From the NCBI RefSeq assembly GCF_006345805.1, contig NC_043010.1, positions 35,898,001 to 35,962,000 of the forward strand: DNA of 64,000 nt. The letters run 5' to 3'. The first letter of the stretch is position 1. Each line of letters begins with the position of its first letter. Source of the DNA: Octopus sinensis (taxonomy: Eukaryota). Positions 27,033 to 42,400 of the stretch are shown piece after piece. The position numbers were made by a program, and so were the translations under genes. The notes beneath the pieces were generated by a model that did no database searches, was not told the DNA's origin, and worked only from the letters and a program-made list of their open reading frames with translations.

Positions 27033-27088
<56 letters not shown>

Positions 27089-29080
27089 GCGTACGTGCGT
27101 TCGTATGTATATATGTATGTATGTCCCGTCGATCTGAAGCAGTTAATGACGCAGAACTTGAGTTATCGGAGATTTAATTAAAATATGAACTCCCTAGACA
27201 CTTCCCTTCTAACATAGATATACATAATGATTTTCGGCGTCGATGCATTGCTGCTGCTGCTGCTACTACTGTTGCTGTTGTTGTTGTGTCGTCTAACCGA
27301 AGCAGTGATGGTGGTGGTGGTGGTGATGCTTTAGTTGGTAATAGTGTTAGCGTTGTTAGTATTGTTGTTATTGTTTTGCCTTGGCCATCTCTGATCCAGG
27401 AGATCCATCATTTAACGATTGTAATATGGGTTTCAAATTCTGGCACAAGGCCAGCAATTTCGGGAGAGTGGGGAAATCGATTACATCAACCCCCACTACT
27501 CAACTGGTGCTTAATTTATCGACCCCGAAAGGATGAAAGGCAAAGTCGACCTCGGCGGAATTTGAACTCAGAACGTAACGGCAGACGAAATACCGCTACG
27601 CATTTCACCCGTCGTGCTAACGTTTCTGCCAGCTCGCCGCCTTAGGCGATCTGGTGTGTCGTTTCTTTAAGATGCCATCGAGTGATTTGAAGGAGATTTA
27701 GCTGCTATTTCTAGTTGTTCAAGTGAACATGTAGAGACTTCCCATCCTGTTGGCTCGTTGGAGACTTTTTTAGTGGTGGTGGGCAGTAATGGTGATGGAG
27801 AGGGCGCTAATAGAATAAGGATGATCGTCTCATTAGTTGTTGTGGACATGGTGATGATGATGGGCGTGCTGGTAATGGTAATGGCGGTGTTGTGAAGGTG
27901 CGTGGCTTAGTGGATAGGATGTTCGGCTCACGGTCGTAAAGCTGTGAGTTCGATTCCCGGCGGTGCCTCGTGTCCTTGAGCAATACACTTTATCTCACGT
28001 TGCTCCGGTCCACTCAACTGACAAAAATGAGTTGTACATGTATTTCAAAGAGACAGACTTGTCACGCTGGAATCTTCTTGAGAACTACAATCAGAGTACG
28101 AGTGTCTGAGGAGTACTCAGCCACTTGCACGTTAATCACCTGGGACACTCGTCGGATCACTGAATAGATCCCACTCGTCGTCGTAACCGACGGAGTGCCA
28201 AGCATTGGGGATTTTGATGATGGTGGTAATAGTTGTAGAGATGGTGGTGGTAGTGGTGGCCATGGTTGTGGTTGGGAACCAGTTGGCACTGGCAGTAGTG
28301 GTGGTGGTGGCGATGGTGATGTTAGTGGTAATGAGGTTGATACTAATTATAGTGGTACTAACAATGACGGTGATACTGTTGTCTTCTTCTTCTTCTTCTT
28401 CTTCTTCTTCTTCTTCTTTTTCTTCTTTTAACGGGTGGAGAGCTGAACCGTCCTGGCATACAGAGGATTTGCAATCTAGACTGGGGTCTGAAAGTTTACC
28501 ACACCTCTGCTTTGTGGCAAAAGTAGGAAGAAAGAGTGAGAGAAAGTTGTGGTGAAAGAGTACAGCGGGGTTCACTACCCCGCCCCGCCGGAGCATCGTG
28601 GAGCTTAGTTGTTTTTGCTTAATAAACACTCACGACGCCCGGTCTGGGAATCGAAACCGCGTTCTTACGACCGTGAGTCCGCTGCCCTAACCACTGGGCC
28701 ATTGCGCCTCCACTAATGCTGATGTTGGAGATGGAGGTGGTGGTGGTGATGGCGATGTTGATGATGGTAGTGGTGGTGGTGGTGATGCAGGCGATGGTGA
28801 TGCCGGTGGTGCTGGTGACGTTGGAGGCAGAGATAATGAAGCTGAGGGATTAATCATAGTGGTAATAAGCAATGACGATGATGGTGATGCTGGTGATGCT
28901 GGTGATGATGGTGATGATCGTAATGATTGTGATGAATGTGGTGTTGGCGTCGGTGGTGATGGCAGTAGCGGTGCTGGCGGTGATGCTTCAACTGTGACCC
29001 GACATCAAAGGATTTACAATCGAGATTCAAAGACTAAATAAAGATAACGACAGATTAAAAAAACAAACATAAAACAATGA

Positions 29081-29129
<49 letters not shown>

Positions 29130-30008
29130 GTGATAATAAACTCATCATAGATAAAACAAGGAGTTACAAGCTTCCCCACCCCTTACCACAACCACCACCA
29201 CCACCACTACATACTTCTACCAGTGACTTAACTATCACTAATTCCGCCACCACCACCACCACCAGAACTATGACGGCCATCATCCACTTATCTAATTTTT
29301 CCGTAGACAGAGATAAAAAGAAATAAAATGGTAATTATTTCTTAATTAGGGACACACACACACACTCGTACGAACGCGCATGTTCACACAACACGCAACC
29401 GAGCACGCACTCACATGCGCGTTCCCTTTCTCATGCACGCACATACACGCGCTTCTCACACAAGCTCATACCCTCACAAAATACTTATAAAGACACATAC
29501 ATACATACCTGTCTACCTACATACATATATATGTATGTACATAATACATACATATATACGTATGTACATACATACATACATATATACGTATGTACATACA
29601 TACATACATACATACATACATACATACATACATACATACATACATACATACATACATACATACGTATATACGTATGTACATAAATATATACGTATGTACA
29701 TACATACATGCACGCATACATACATACTTGCACACATACATACATACATACATAGATACATACATACATGCATACATACATACTTGCACACATACATACA
29801 TACATACATACTTACATAGATACATACATACATACATACTACATACATACATACACACATACGTATATACGTATGTACATAATATATACGTATGTACATC
29901 ATACATGCACGCATACATACATACTTGCACACATACATACATACTCATACAGATACATACATAATAAATACATGCATACATACATACTTCACACATACAA
30001 CTACATAC

Positions 30009-30039
<31 letters not shown>

Positions 30040-30089
30040 CATACATACATACATACATACATACACGCACGCACACACACACACATACA

Positions 30090-30120
<31 letters not shown>

Positions 30121-30358
30121 GTATGTATGTATGCAGTGATTTGTTTATTTGTGTGCCTGCTTGTTTGTTTATTGTTGTTGCTGTCGCCGTTGTCGTCGTC
30201 GTCGTCATGGTTGTTTGTTGTTGGTGGTGCTGATCGCGGAGGTGGTGACGGCAGCGGTAGTGGTGGTGGTGGTGGTGGGACGGTTGAACTGTTTGGCGTG
30301 AATTACAGCAGCTTCTTACGGACAGACATTTCTTTTTATCTTCTGAAAGAAGCCCGTC

Positions 30359-30405
<47 letters not shown>

Positions 30406-30406
<1 letters not shown>

Positions 30407-30622
30407 TAAGTAATAAGGGTTTAGCAACGAATTGCCTCACCAACACACCGATTTAGAAATAGCAGTCAAAGAGATATAGCTATTCCTTCTACTAAAAGGG
30501 GATCTCAGTAAAAACACATGAGATCCCCCTTTTAGTAGAAGGAATAGCTATATCTCTTTGACTGCTATTTCTAAATTCGGTGTGTGGTGAGGCAATTCGT
30601 TGCTAAACCCTTAATTACTTAG
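30406..30622. repeat. Long near-perfect inverted repeat (102/104-bp arms, 11-nt loop)
   Basis: Arms 30406-30507 and 30519-30622 differ only by four 1-nt indels. Confidence 0.95.
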
Positions 30623-32651
30623 TATTACTTAAATTTTCCTCGAATGGGCTTTTACATGCCGAAATCTACTTGGTGTAATTGATAATTATTCCAAATTAAT
30701 TATTTCACCCTTTATTATTACCGATATATATATATATATATATATAATATATATATATACGACGGGCTTCTTTCAGTTTCCGGCTACCAAATTCACTCAC
30801 AAGGCTTTGGTCGGCCCGAGGCTATAGTAGAAGACACTTGTCCAAGGTGCCACGCAGTGGGACTGAACCCGGAACAATGTGATTGATAAGCAAGCTACTT
30901 ACCACACAGCCTGTAAATAATCTCATGTAGCAATTAATTTAACTCAATAACAGGCCATGGCAGCTACTCGAACCATCGACCTTTTGGTTAGTATGAAGAA
31001 GTTATCCGACACCCTTTCCACTCAGCCACGTACAATTCTATAAACAGAGAGAAAACATTTTGCGTAAACTTATACTCTACCAAAACAGACACATGACCTC
31101 AGTTGGCCTGCTGACCTTTTATTTCAGTCCATTTGCTCGAAAATTGGGCGTGACCGTACTGGGCAATTGGGCGTGGTTTGCTTGTTAGTAAGATACGGCT
31201 GGGTGTGGAAATGGTGTCATGGCTTTTAACAGACAACGGTGGTGGTGGCGGGTGGAGGCGGCGGCAGCAAGGAAGCGTGAAAGCCTGCACGTCTGCGTAT
31301 TCGGAAAGTGGGCAGTGGTGTTGGTGGAGGTAGTGGTGGTGATGGTAGTGGTGGTGGTTGTGGTGGTGGTAGTGGTGGTGGTGGCTGCGGTGGTAATGGT
31401 CGTGGTGGTGGCTGCGGCGGTGGTGGTGGTGGCGGTGGTGGTGGCTGCGGTGGTGGTTGTAGCGGATGTGGTGGTGGTTGTGGTGGTGGTAGTGGTGGCT
31501 GCGGTGGTAATGGTCGTGGTGGTGGCTGCGGCGGTGGTGGTGGTGGCGGTGGTGGTAGCTGCGGGGTGGTGGTTGGTTGTAATCGGATGTGGGTGGTGTT
31601 GGTGGTGTGGGGGTGGAGTGGTGGTGGTGGTGGTGTGGTGGTGGTGGTGGCTGCGGTGGTGGTGGTGGTGGTGCTTGGCACTAATGGACCTCGTTTCGTC
31701 GTCTCAATTACCATCGTGGTCACAATCCCCCATCATTAACGTTCGTCGTGACCATTATCCTCAACACCACTACACCCTCCCTCCCTCCTCCTCCTCCTCC
31801 TCCTCCTCCTCCTCCTCCTCCTCCTCATCATCATCATCATCATCATCATCATCACATCATCATCATCATCATCATCACCACCACCATCATTATCGTCGTT
31901 GTCATGATCATGATGATCATGACCATCACCATTACCACCATGACTACCACCAACACCAGCATCATCATCCTCGTCGTTGTCGTCATCATCATCGTTTTAA
32001 ATGAGTTGTCATTGTTGTGGTTGCTGTTGTTGCTGTTGTTACTGCTGCTGCTGTTGCTCGTGCTGTTATTGTTATTGTCGCTGATGTTATCACAGCTGTT
32101 GTTCTAGTTGTGTCCCTTTATTTTTGAGTGATTTCTGGCTAAATATATTTCTCTTATTACTGCTGTTCTTGTTTAACCCTTGGTCAGCTACTGATCGAGC
32201 TGAACAATGACCAAAAGATATTTCCAACCGTGACCATTCCGCCTTGTTTTCTAAAACAGTAACACTTAGATCACATTATCCAACATGTCCTTCCTTTTTC
32301 AAAGTAGTATTTTGCGATTTGAAGGCGATTTAGTTGCTATTTCAAACGGGTCGAGCAACCACATAGACACTCGCTAGCTGGCTTAGTGTTGTAGTTGTTT
32401 ATTCACTAAGTCAGCCCTTTGATCGCGCACGTATAATCAAAGACATTCCAACTGTGCCCATCTTGTATTAGTCTTATTCTCATATACTCTTATACTTGTT
32501 TCAGTCATTTGACTGCGGCTATGCTGGAGCATCGCCTTTAGTCGAACAAATCGAGCCCAGGGCTTATTCTTTGTAAGCCTAGTAGTTACTCTATCGGTAA
32601 ACACACCAACACAGGTTGTCAAGCAATGGTGAGGGACAAACACAGACACAC

Positions 32652-32706
<55 letters not shown>

Positions 32707-32707
32707 C

Positions 32708-32746
<39 letters not shown>

Positions 32747-32804
32747 GCACATATATTATATATATATATATTATATATATATACGCACATATATATATAA
32801 TATA

Positions 32805-32848
<44 letters not shown>

Positions 32849-33741
32849 CATATATATATACGACGGGCTTCTTTCAGTTTCCGTCAACCAAATCCATTCA
32901 CAAGGCTTTGGTTGGTCCGAGGCTTTAGTAGAAGACACTTGACTATGGTGCCACACAGTGGGACTGAACCCGGAATCATGTAGTTGAGAAGCAAGCTACT
33001 TACCCACCAGCCACTCCTTCGCCTATTGGAATGAACTTTGGCCCACTTTATTCAACAAGTTCTTTTCTAAAACGAGAGGCTGTAATTTGAGAGAGATTTG
33101 GTTATTATTTCTAGCAGGCTTAATGACTGCATATAGGCTCGGAAATGCTTTGACAATTCTTGTTTATCTTTAATCTTTTACTTTTTATCGGCTTCAGTCA
33201 TTAGATTGTGGCCATGCTGGGGCAATGCTTTCAAGGGTTTAGTCGAACAAATTGAGAACAATTATTTTACTTGTTTCAGTCATTTAAGTCATTTGACTGC
33301 GGTCATGCTGAGGCACCGCTTTTTGTCGAGCAAATTGACCTCAAGACTTATTCTTTGCAAGCCTAGTACTAATTCTATCGGTCTCTTTTGGCGAACCCCT
33401 AAGTTACGGGGACGTAAACACACCAGCATCGGTTGTCAAGCAATGTTAGGGAGACAAACACACACACACATATACGACGGGCTTCTTTCAGTTTCAGTCA
33501 ACCAAATCCACTCACAAGGTTTTGGTCAGTCCCAGGTGCCATACGGTGGGACTGAACCCGGAACTATATGGTTGGTAAGCAAGCTTCTTACCACACAGCC
33601 ACTCCTGTGCCAATAGTAATTTTTAAATTTTGGCACTTATTCTATCAGTCTTTTTGTTGAATTGCTCAGTTACGAGGACATAAACAAGCCAACACACACA
33701 CACATACATGTATATAAATGCTTTTGCATATGTATGTATGC

Positions 33742-33781
<40 letters not shown>

Positions 33782-33834
33782 TATAGGCAGCAGTATACAA
33801 AGTTTTACCAAAAAGGAAAACTCAGCAATGTGTG

Positions 33835-33924
<90 letters not shown>

Positions 33925-34058
33925 CGTTGTGTGTGTTAAATAAAATGAGACAACTCACTCATATCATTTCGAACGGAGAGTTTAACTACGGTCCTTCTAT
34001 AACACTTACACAGCATTACCTTCCGCCTTGGGTCTTCTGGATACCAATACCTCTCATA

Positions 34059-34141
<83 letters not shown>

Positions 34142-34291
34142 CCACGTGCCTGTGCTTGTGCTTATTATATATGTGTACGTGTGAGTCTGCACATTCATAC
34201 ATGTATACACAAGCACGCACACACACAGAGAAAAATTCAGTGAGCCCCACGGGCGAGCGCGCACACACACATACAGACATACAAATAAACT

Positions 34292-34372
<81 letters not shown>

Positions 34373-34655
34373 ATTAATTAGATCAGAGAAGATCAAAACG
34401 AGAGAAAGGGTGAGAGAAAGAGAAAGAGAGAGAGACAGACAGACACAGAACAGTGTGGTATGCAGGGTGGAGAAAATCTGCCATTTTTCTGATATTCTTA
34501 ATTGGAAGCGCGGGTCAAACTGGTTCTTTTTTTAATATTATCTGATCTTAAGATCCATTCTCCTCCCTCAGTCGTACACACCCATCTACACATAACTACG
34601 AACATATACATACATACATACATACATACATACATACATACATACATACACACAC

Positions 34656-34698
<43 letters not shown>

Positions 34699-34790
34699 AA
34701 ATATGCATACATACACATACGTATATATAAAATTATAAATATTTTGTACGCTGTTCGACCGAATCTGCCCTTATACAAGCCTTATCTTGC

Positions 34791-34821
<31 letters not shown>

Positions 34822-37800
34822 GTCTGTCTCTCTCTCTCTTTCTCACACACCCTTGTGTGCGCGTGCGCGTGCGTGCATGCAGGCATGCGTGTGTGTGTGT
34901 GTGTGTGTTGTGTCGTAAGCATTTATAGAGTTGCAGGAGAATGTGAATTGATTCTCTTTTGGAGCTGCCCCTCAAAATACATACGTTTTCTTTTTTCGCT
35001 CCAAAAGCATTTTCCAATCTAATGCTATTATTTATACCATCGTGGTCCCTGCTATTTCTAGAACTAGAAAATTTTACTCTTTAGCATTGAAACTTGCCAT
35101 ATCCAGCCCAAATACTCTACCCGAGTTTTGTTCAAACTGGTCAGATCCAGCCTCTCACACATACCTCACTATGTCATTCTAAAAATAAGTAATCGCGCTA
35201 TCAAAATCTTGGAGCTACAAGAAAATATATGATTAATTCAAAACAATGTGAATGAATAAACATTGTGTTTGATGGAGTAAACAGAAAGCTAAAGAGTTAA
35301 AAGACCGCAAAGGTGAAGCATCTTTGAATTTGTCTCAGAGAAAGAGGGAGAGACAGAGGGAGAGACAGAGGAAGAGAGAGAGAGACAGACAGACAGGCAG
35401 ACAGACAGGCAGATAAACAGACAGACAGATAAAGAGGAAGAGAGAGAGGGGGGAGAGACAGAGATAGAGAGACAGACAGACAGAAAGACAGATTAAGAGG
35501 AAGAGAGAGAGAGAGAGATAAACAGATAGACGGATAAAGAGGAAGAGAGAGAGGGGGAGAGACAGACAGACAGAAAGACAGATAAAGAGGAAGAGGGAAA
35601 GAGAGAGAGATAAACAGACAGATAAAAAGGAAGAGAGAGGGGGGAGAGACAGAGAGATAGAGAGACAGAGACAGACATGTGTGCTAATTTGTGGACGAGC
35701 ATAAATTACATTCACGTACACACACACACACATCGTGCCTTTTATATATATATACAGATAAAAGAGCGAGTGAATTTGGTAGACGGACACCGAAAGAAGT
35801 CCATCGTGTGTGTGTGTGTGTGTGTTTGTGTGTGTGTGCTCGCATGTATGTGTGTATGAATGTATGTGTGTGTTCACGCATGCATGTATGTAGGTGTGTG
35901 TATCGATGGTGGTACACCACCATCGATTGACAACCAGTATCAGTGTGTTTAATTCCCCGTAACTTAACGGATCGGCCAAAGTAACCGATAGAATAAATAC
36001 CAGGCTTTAAAAAAATAAGTCCTGAGGTCGATTCGTTCGACTAAAATTCTTCAAGGTGCCCCAGCATGGGTGCAGTCTAATGACGGAATTAAAATATGAA
36101 ATATAAAACATATACGCTACGTAATTAATCTTTATTGGGTTTCCAGACGATATAACAGTTTATTAACGATATAAGTGGCGGCAAGCTGGCAGAAACGTTA
36201 GCACACCAGACGAAATGCTTAGCAGTATTTCGTCTGCCGCTACGTTCTGAGTTCAAATTCCGCCGAGGTCGACTTTACCTTTCATCCTTTCGGGGTCGAT
36301 AAATTAAGTACCAGTTACGCACTACTGTCGATGTAATCGACTTAATCCGTTTGTCTGTCCTTGTTTGTCCTCTGTGTGTGTAGCCCCTTGTGGGTAGTAA
36401 AGAAATAGGTATTTCGTCAGCCGTTACGTTCTGAGTTCAAATTCCGCCGAGGTCGACTTTGCCTTTCATCCTTTCGGAGTCGATAAATTAAGTACCAGTT
36501 ACGCACTGGGGTCGCTGTGATCGACTTAAAACCTTTGTCTGTCCTTGCTTGTCTCCTCTATGTTTAGCCCCTTGTGGGCAATAAAGAAATAATAGCAGTT
36601 TATGTGTTTTTTTCTTTGTGAAATTTTACTCTGAGAATCTTTATCATACACGATGTTAGAGACGTTTTCTTACCATTGTCTCTTCACTTCTTCACTTAGT
36701 GTTCTGTGTAGTTCTTCACAAAGTTACATACAAACGTCCTGAAACTTCAAGATGGCAAATGACAGCTCAAAACATTTTTCAAGCTCAGCCTGGCTCTCCG
36801 TCGGTTACTACGACGACGACGAGTGTCCCAGTTGATTCGGTCAACGGAACAGCCTACCTGTGAAATTAACGTGCAAGTGGCCACGCACGTCACAGACACG
36901 CGTACCCTAATGTAGTCCTCGGGAAGATTCAGCGTGACACAGGATGTGACAATGCTGGCATTCTATAATTATCGGCACACCTCATTTTTGAACGCTGAGT
37001 GGATTGGAGCATAGGCAGCAGCGGCAGGAGGAGGAGGAGGTGGAGGTGGAGGAGGAGGAGGAGAAGAGGGAGGAGGAGGAGGAGGAGGAGTGTGTTGACA
37101 GAACTGCGAGAATCTGATAATTACGGCTCTTACCAAAATTGTCACTCGTCTTTCGAGTCGATAAAATAAAGTTCCAGTCAAATACTAGGGTAGATCATAT
37201 CAATTAACTGCCTCTCTCAAATATTCAAACCAAAGCCTATACTATGTGGAGGCGTGTTGCTTAGTGGTTAAGGGTGCTGGAATCATGGTTGTAAGATTGC
37301 GGTTTCGATTCCTGAACCAGGCAATCCATTGTGTTCTTGGGCAAAACACTTTATTTCACTTTGCTTCCGTCCAGTCAGTAGGCAAAATGGACAATCCTGC
37401 AACAGACCGACGTCCCGCCTAGGGACAGGGGTAGTACATACGGGAAGCTGGCCTCATGAGCCTCAGGCTTTCCCCGGATTTTGTGACGCATGTATTCATT
37501 TATCTATTTCAAGCTTATACTAGAAACAATCAAGTGTGATTGATTTGAAAAATCATTAAAGCGTTGGACAAATACTTTGTGGTGCTCGTTCTGGTTCTTT
37601 AGGTTCTGCGTTCGAACCCCCCATGATCAACTTTGCCTTTCATCCCTCCGGGATTTTACAAAAATAAGTTACCAGAAAAATAATGAGGTCGACGGCTTCA
37701 TGGCGATTGACTGCTCTCCTCTTTTCCTCCCAGATATGCTGCTGAATGCTGTCAATATTCGCCGAAGACTGGGTCTTTGTATTCACTTTGTATTCTCTGC

Positions 37801-38025
37801 AACAGTTCTGATATCAATGCAGTTCAGTCTCGCATTATGAAGTTGATTTTTGTCTTATTTGACTTACATGACGCAGGAGTGGCAGTATGGTAAGAAGCTT
37901 GCTTCCCAACCACATGATTCCGGGTTCAGTCCCACTGCGTGGCATCTTGGGCAAGTGTCTTCTACAGCCTCGAGCTGACCAAAGCCTTGTGAGTGGATTT
38001 GATAGACGGAAACTGAAAGAAGCCC

Positions 38026-38073
<48 letters not shown>

Positions 38074-38095
38074 TATATATATATATATATATTGA

Positions 38096-39350
38096 CAGGG
38101 TGCGTAAGATATTTGTGTACAGATTTATATTTATAAAAAAAGACAGATATATAACTTTATTTATCAAAAATTGCTATGAGGATAAAAATAAACATTTTTT
38201 TCTATAATGTTATTCAATAAACCCACCTTCAACTTCAACAACTATTTCTATATGAGATCTAAATCATCTACATGCTCCAATCAAGTGGTCCTGGTTCATT
38301 TTGGACATTACTCTGACTATGGCAGCTTTCATAGAATCTTTGATGTTATGGGCGTGTTCATTGACCTCTCTTTCTCAACAACGCTCCACATGTAATAGTC
38401 CAATGGATTGAGATCTGGGGAATTAGGAGGCCAAATGTTAGGGGTTATGTGATCATGAAAATTTTCAGCCAACTATTACTGTGTTACTAGAGCCATGTGT
38501 GATAGTGCAGAGTCTTATTGAAAAACATATGGCCTTCCATTGCATATACCGTTTATCCAGGGCCTAACAATTATTTCCAGGACCTTAATGTAGGCAGCAG
38601 AGTTAACTCTAAGGCTTTGTTGGAAGAAGTAAGGAGGCATCACATGTCCTTCATTGGTGACAACACCTAAAACAATGACAGTTGCAGGAAATTTTGTATG
38701 CATAACACTTGGAACGTCAGAAATGTCTGCACATAACCATCTGTCATTTCTTCTGTTAACTTTTTTGATCTTGGTTGAAGTTTTTCTCGTTTGAGAAAAA
38801 CCAATTCAAATCTTCTTCTTCTGAATTTCTCAGCTTGTTTAAGAGCCTTTTAGATCTGATGTAGGGATTTTGCTTTCTCTGACAAATTGATTATTCCTCA
38901 TAATATAAGACTTATGTCTGATGTCTTCGTGGACAACATTTCTGACTTTCCTTCTGACGCATGGATATCTTTTGCAATTGACCTCATGGACTTTCTGGGA
39001 TTGTAATCAAAAGTCTGTTGAACTTGCTGGATAAATTCAGGTGTTCTGATGATTTCAGAACGTTTAGGATGCTTTTTATGCTTCGATACTGCTGATACGT
39101 TTCCATATCCAGCCTCCAACTCCTTCCAAACTTTGTAGAAGAAACATCTGGCAACTTTTAAAAATAGAGATATTTCTAAATCGCTATGCTCAGCCTTTAT
39201 AACCAATAACCACAATAACAGCATGCCTCTTCATTTCTTGAGGAAGCTGAGAGTCTGCCATTATTTTCTGAAACAAAAATTATACAAAGTTATCGAAAAA
39301 TGCAGCAATAATCTAAAACTGGTATGTCCTCAAATACCTTACGCACCCAG
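38096..39350 (-). mobile_element. Full-length decayed Tc1/mariner transposon, DD37D (maT) type
   Basis: 20-bp TIRs (18/20 match) at 38096-38115 and 39331-39350. Transposase remnants with QxDSA...WPPNSPDLNPLDY; 37 residues between the last two catalytic Asp; in-frame stops. Confidence 0.9.
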
Positions 39351-39409
<59 letters not shown>

Positions 39410-42400
39410 CATGTATTTGGGTGTCTGTATTTGTACCCCACCCCACCATCACTTGACAACCGTCCCCGTAACTTACCGGTTCAGCAAAAGACACCGACAG
39501 AATAAGTACTAGGCTTACAAAGAATAAGTCTTGTGGGTGATTTGTTCGACTAAAGGCGGTGTTCCAGCATGGCCGCAGTTAAGTAATTGAAACAAATAAT
39601 AAAAGACTAAAAGAAAGGAATAACGAGATTTGAATACGATATAGGGGACGTAACTCTTAGACACTTTTATACTCACTTGAGAATGACCTCCCTTGAAGAG
39701 TCATCCGGGCACAAATTATTTGAGCCGTTAACGGAGGTCTAAGATAAAAGACAGTGATGCCATACTTAATAAAGCTGTTGCCGCAACGTAGTCGCTAGAC
39801 ATGCTAGAAATAGTAGTTAAATCTTCTCTTAAATTATTCTGTATCATCTTAGATCTTGCTTGATCAGAACTAATCTGAGTTTAAAGTCATATGAAAAGAG
39901 CAGATCAAACAACATATCTGAATGCAGAAAATATTTAAAGTCTAAATAGAAATGTTATTGCAGTGATGGATGAGAAAATAATATCAATCAATAGCAAAGA
40001 AGGTATAAGAAGTGCGCATCGTCATCCATAAGATCTCAAACTGTGACGAGAAAACTGACTAACCATTTATTTTATATATTTATCTACGATTTAACTTACT
40101 AAATTTCAGATGCATTAATAAAATAGAAGTGATACACAGCCAGTGCGTGTGCTCTAATTGGTAGCATGACCCACTCAAAATACTACAATATCTGTTTCAA
40201 AATATGATTTCACACTAAGAATCTTGCAAGACAAGCATAGAAACTTTTTTTTCTCCCCCTTTTGTAATTTTTTTCCATATAGATAAGAGAACTCTTATAA
40301 TCTTATCATCGACCCAAAACCTTCAGATATACTTGCCAGAACAGTGGTGATAGAATCACTGTGTAAATTATACATGTTATACATGATAGTAGATTTGTGG
40401 CGTAGAAAGCTAGAAATGTTTAGAGAATTACTGAGGGGTGCAATTTTCATGAATAGCTGCTGTTAAGTTGGCGTTATTATATTTTATTTAGAGAGAGTAT
40501 TAAAAGGCTAACTGTGGAGGTACATGGCCTAGTAGTTAGAGCAGTGGACATGCGGTCGAGTGATCGCGGCTTCGAATCTCAGACCGGGCGATGTGTGTGT
40601 GTTTATGAGCGAAACACCTAAGCTCCACGCAGCTCCGGCAGAAGGTAAGGGCGAACTTCTGCTGAGTCTTTCGCCAAAATTTTCTCTCCCTCTTTCCTCC
40701 TGCATCTTGCAGTTCACCTGCGACGGACTGGCGTCTCGTCCAGGTGGTGAACCTATATGCCAAGGAAACCGGCCTTATGAGCCAGGCGTGGCTCGAGGAG
40801 GAACAAACAACAAAAGGCTAACTAGAAATAATTGTGTAGTAAGAGAGAAAAAGAAACAGTCATTAACTAATATTATCTTAATTATTTCAGCAAGTATGGG
40901 AGACAACTCCGAACATTTTTTAACCTTATTATGATCTCATCAACGAAAAATAAACTTCCCTGCATTTACCAAAATAGCAATGAGAGACTCTTTATCTTTG
41001 TGTGTTTCAGTGATTGGCATGCGGTCATGCTGAAGCACTGCTTTGAAGGATTTTAGTTGAAGGAATTGCCTCCTGTACTTTTTTTAAATCTGGTACTTAT
41101 TCTATTGGTCTCTTTGGCCAAATTACAGTAATATTCATACATCTAACCACCTAACTGAACACAAATTTATATATATCATGGTTTATAATCATTTATAATC
41201 ATTCAAAAGAAAGTAAGAAAATGCAGATATAGCATTTAATTATCTTTAAAAATCAAACAGTCCTTTACAGATATTTCAATTAATCATAACAGATTAAATA
41301 GCAATTATTAAAATCATTACATTAGGGAAAAATCTCTTCAGAAGGATAGAAAAAGATATACTGTTAGATTATTAATGTGTTGTAATTTAAATCATATTAA
41401 TCACAGCAGACTCAATATATATACACATATATATATACATATATATATATATACACATATATATACATATATATACATATATATATATACATATATACAT
41501 ACATATACACACGTGGAGGCACAATGGCCCAGTGGTTAGGACAGCAGACTCGCAATTTTGATTCCCAGATCATGAGTTGTGAGTGTTTATTGAGCAAAAG
41601 ACACCTAAAAAGCTCCATGAGGCTCCGGCAGTGGGTGGTGGCGATCCCTGTACTCTTTCGCCACAACTTTCTCTCACTCTTTCTTCTGTTGGCCTACTCG
41701 CTTAGCCAGAAGGGTGGCATCATTTAAAGGCTAAAACAATGCGAAGCACATTGTGACCAGCGATGTGTACCAACATCTGATAGCCTGGTCAGTCACAGTG
41801 ATATATATATGTACACACATGGTGGTGGGGCTGAAAAGTTCCTGACTTTGGATTAAAAAAAAATACGAGGAAGATCAGTTAATTATGATTTTATTCAACA
41901 TATTCTCTTCTCAGATTCACACACTCATTCCAGCAGTCCTTCAGTTCTTCTAATCCCTGTAAAAGAACTCAGAAGGTTGGACCACCAACCAGGCCTTTCG
42001 TGTTACCCTTAAAGCCAGGAACTTTCCAGCACCCCCTCATATATTTGTATGCACATGTGCGTATGTATGTATGGAAAACCTTTAATCAGAGATTAAAAGA
42101 AAACAAAGAGAAGGGACTTAGTGGTGCATCCATGTATACAATGATGATTCAATGAAGAAGGAAAAAAGGAACAATAATATATTACATATCAGTTTATTCA
42201 GTACATATAAATAATTCACATAATTTATACTGATATATTTTGTAGTAAAGCGGTTTTGTTGTATGCAGACAAAGGGAATGAGAAGTTTCAATTTACAAAC
42301 TTATCCATATATTTTAAGAAAGCAAAAAAATTCAGACCAGAAAATATGCTAATTTTCTAGTAACACATTGGTCTTAGTCTGTATGTATATATACATATAT

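Noticed and set aside
26459-27181. IHTY / CMYV-type ORFs here and throughout the track
   Set aside because: Artefacts of stop-free (TACA)n, (CA)n and (TA)n repeats.
31219-32107. Long Gly/Val/Pro/His-rich ORFs
   Set aside because: Translations of (GGT/CCT/CAT)n microsatellites with an internal duplication; no splice or homology support.
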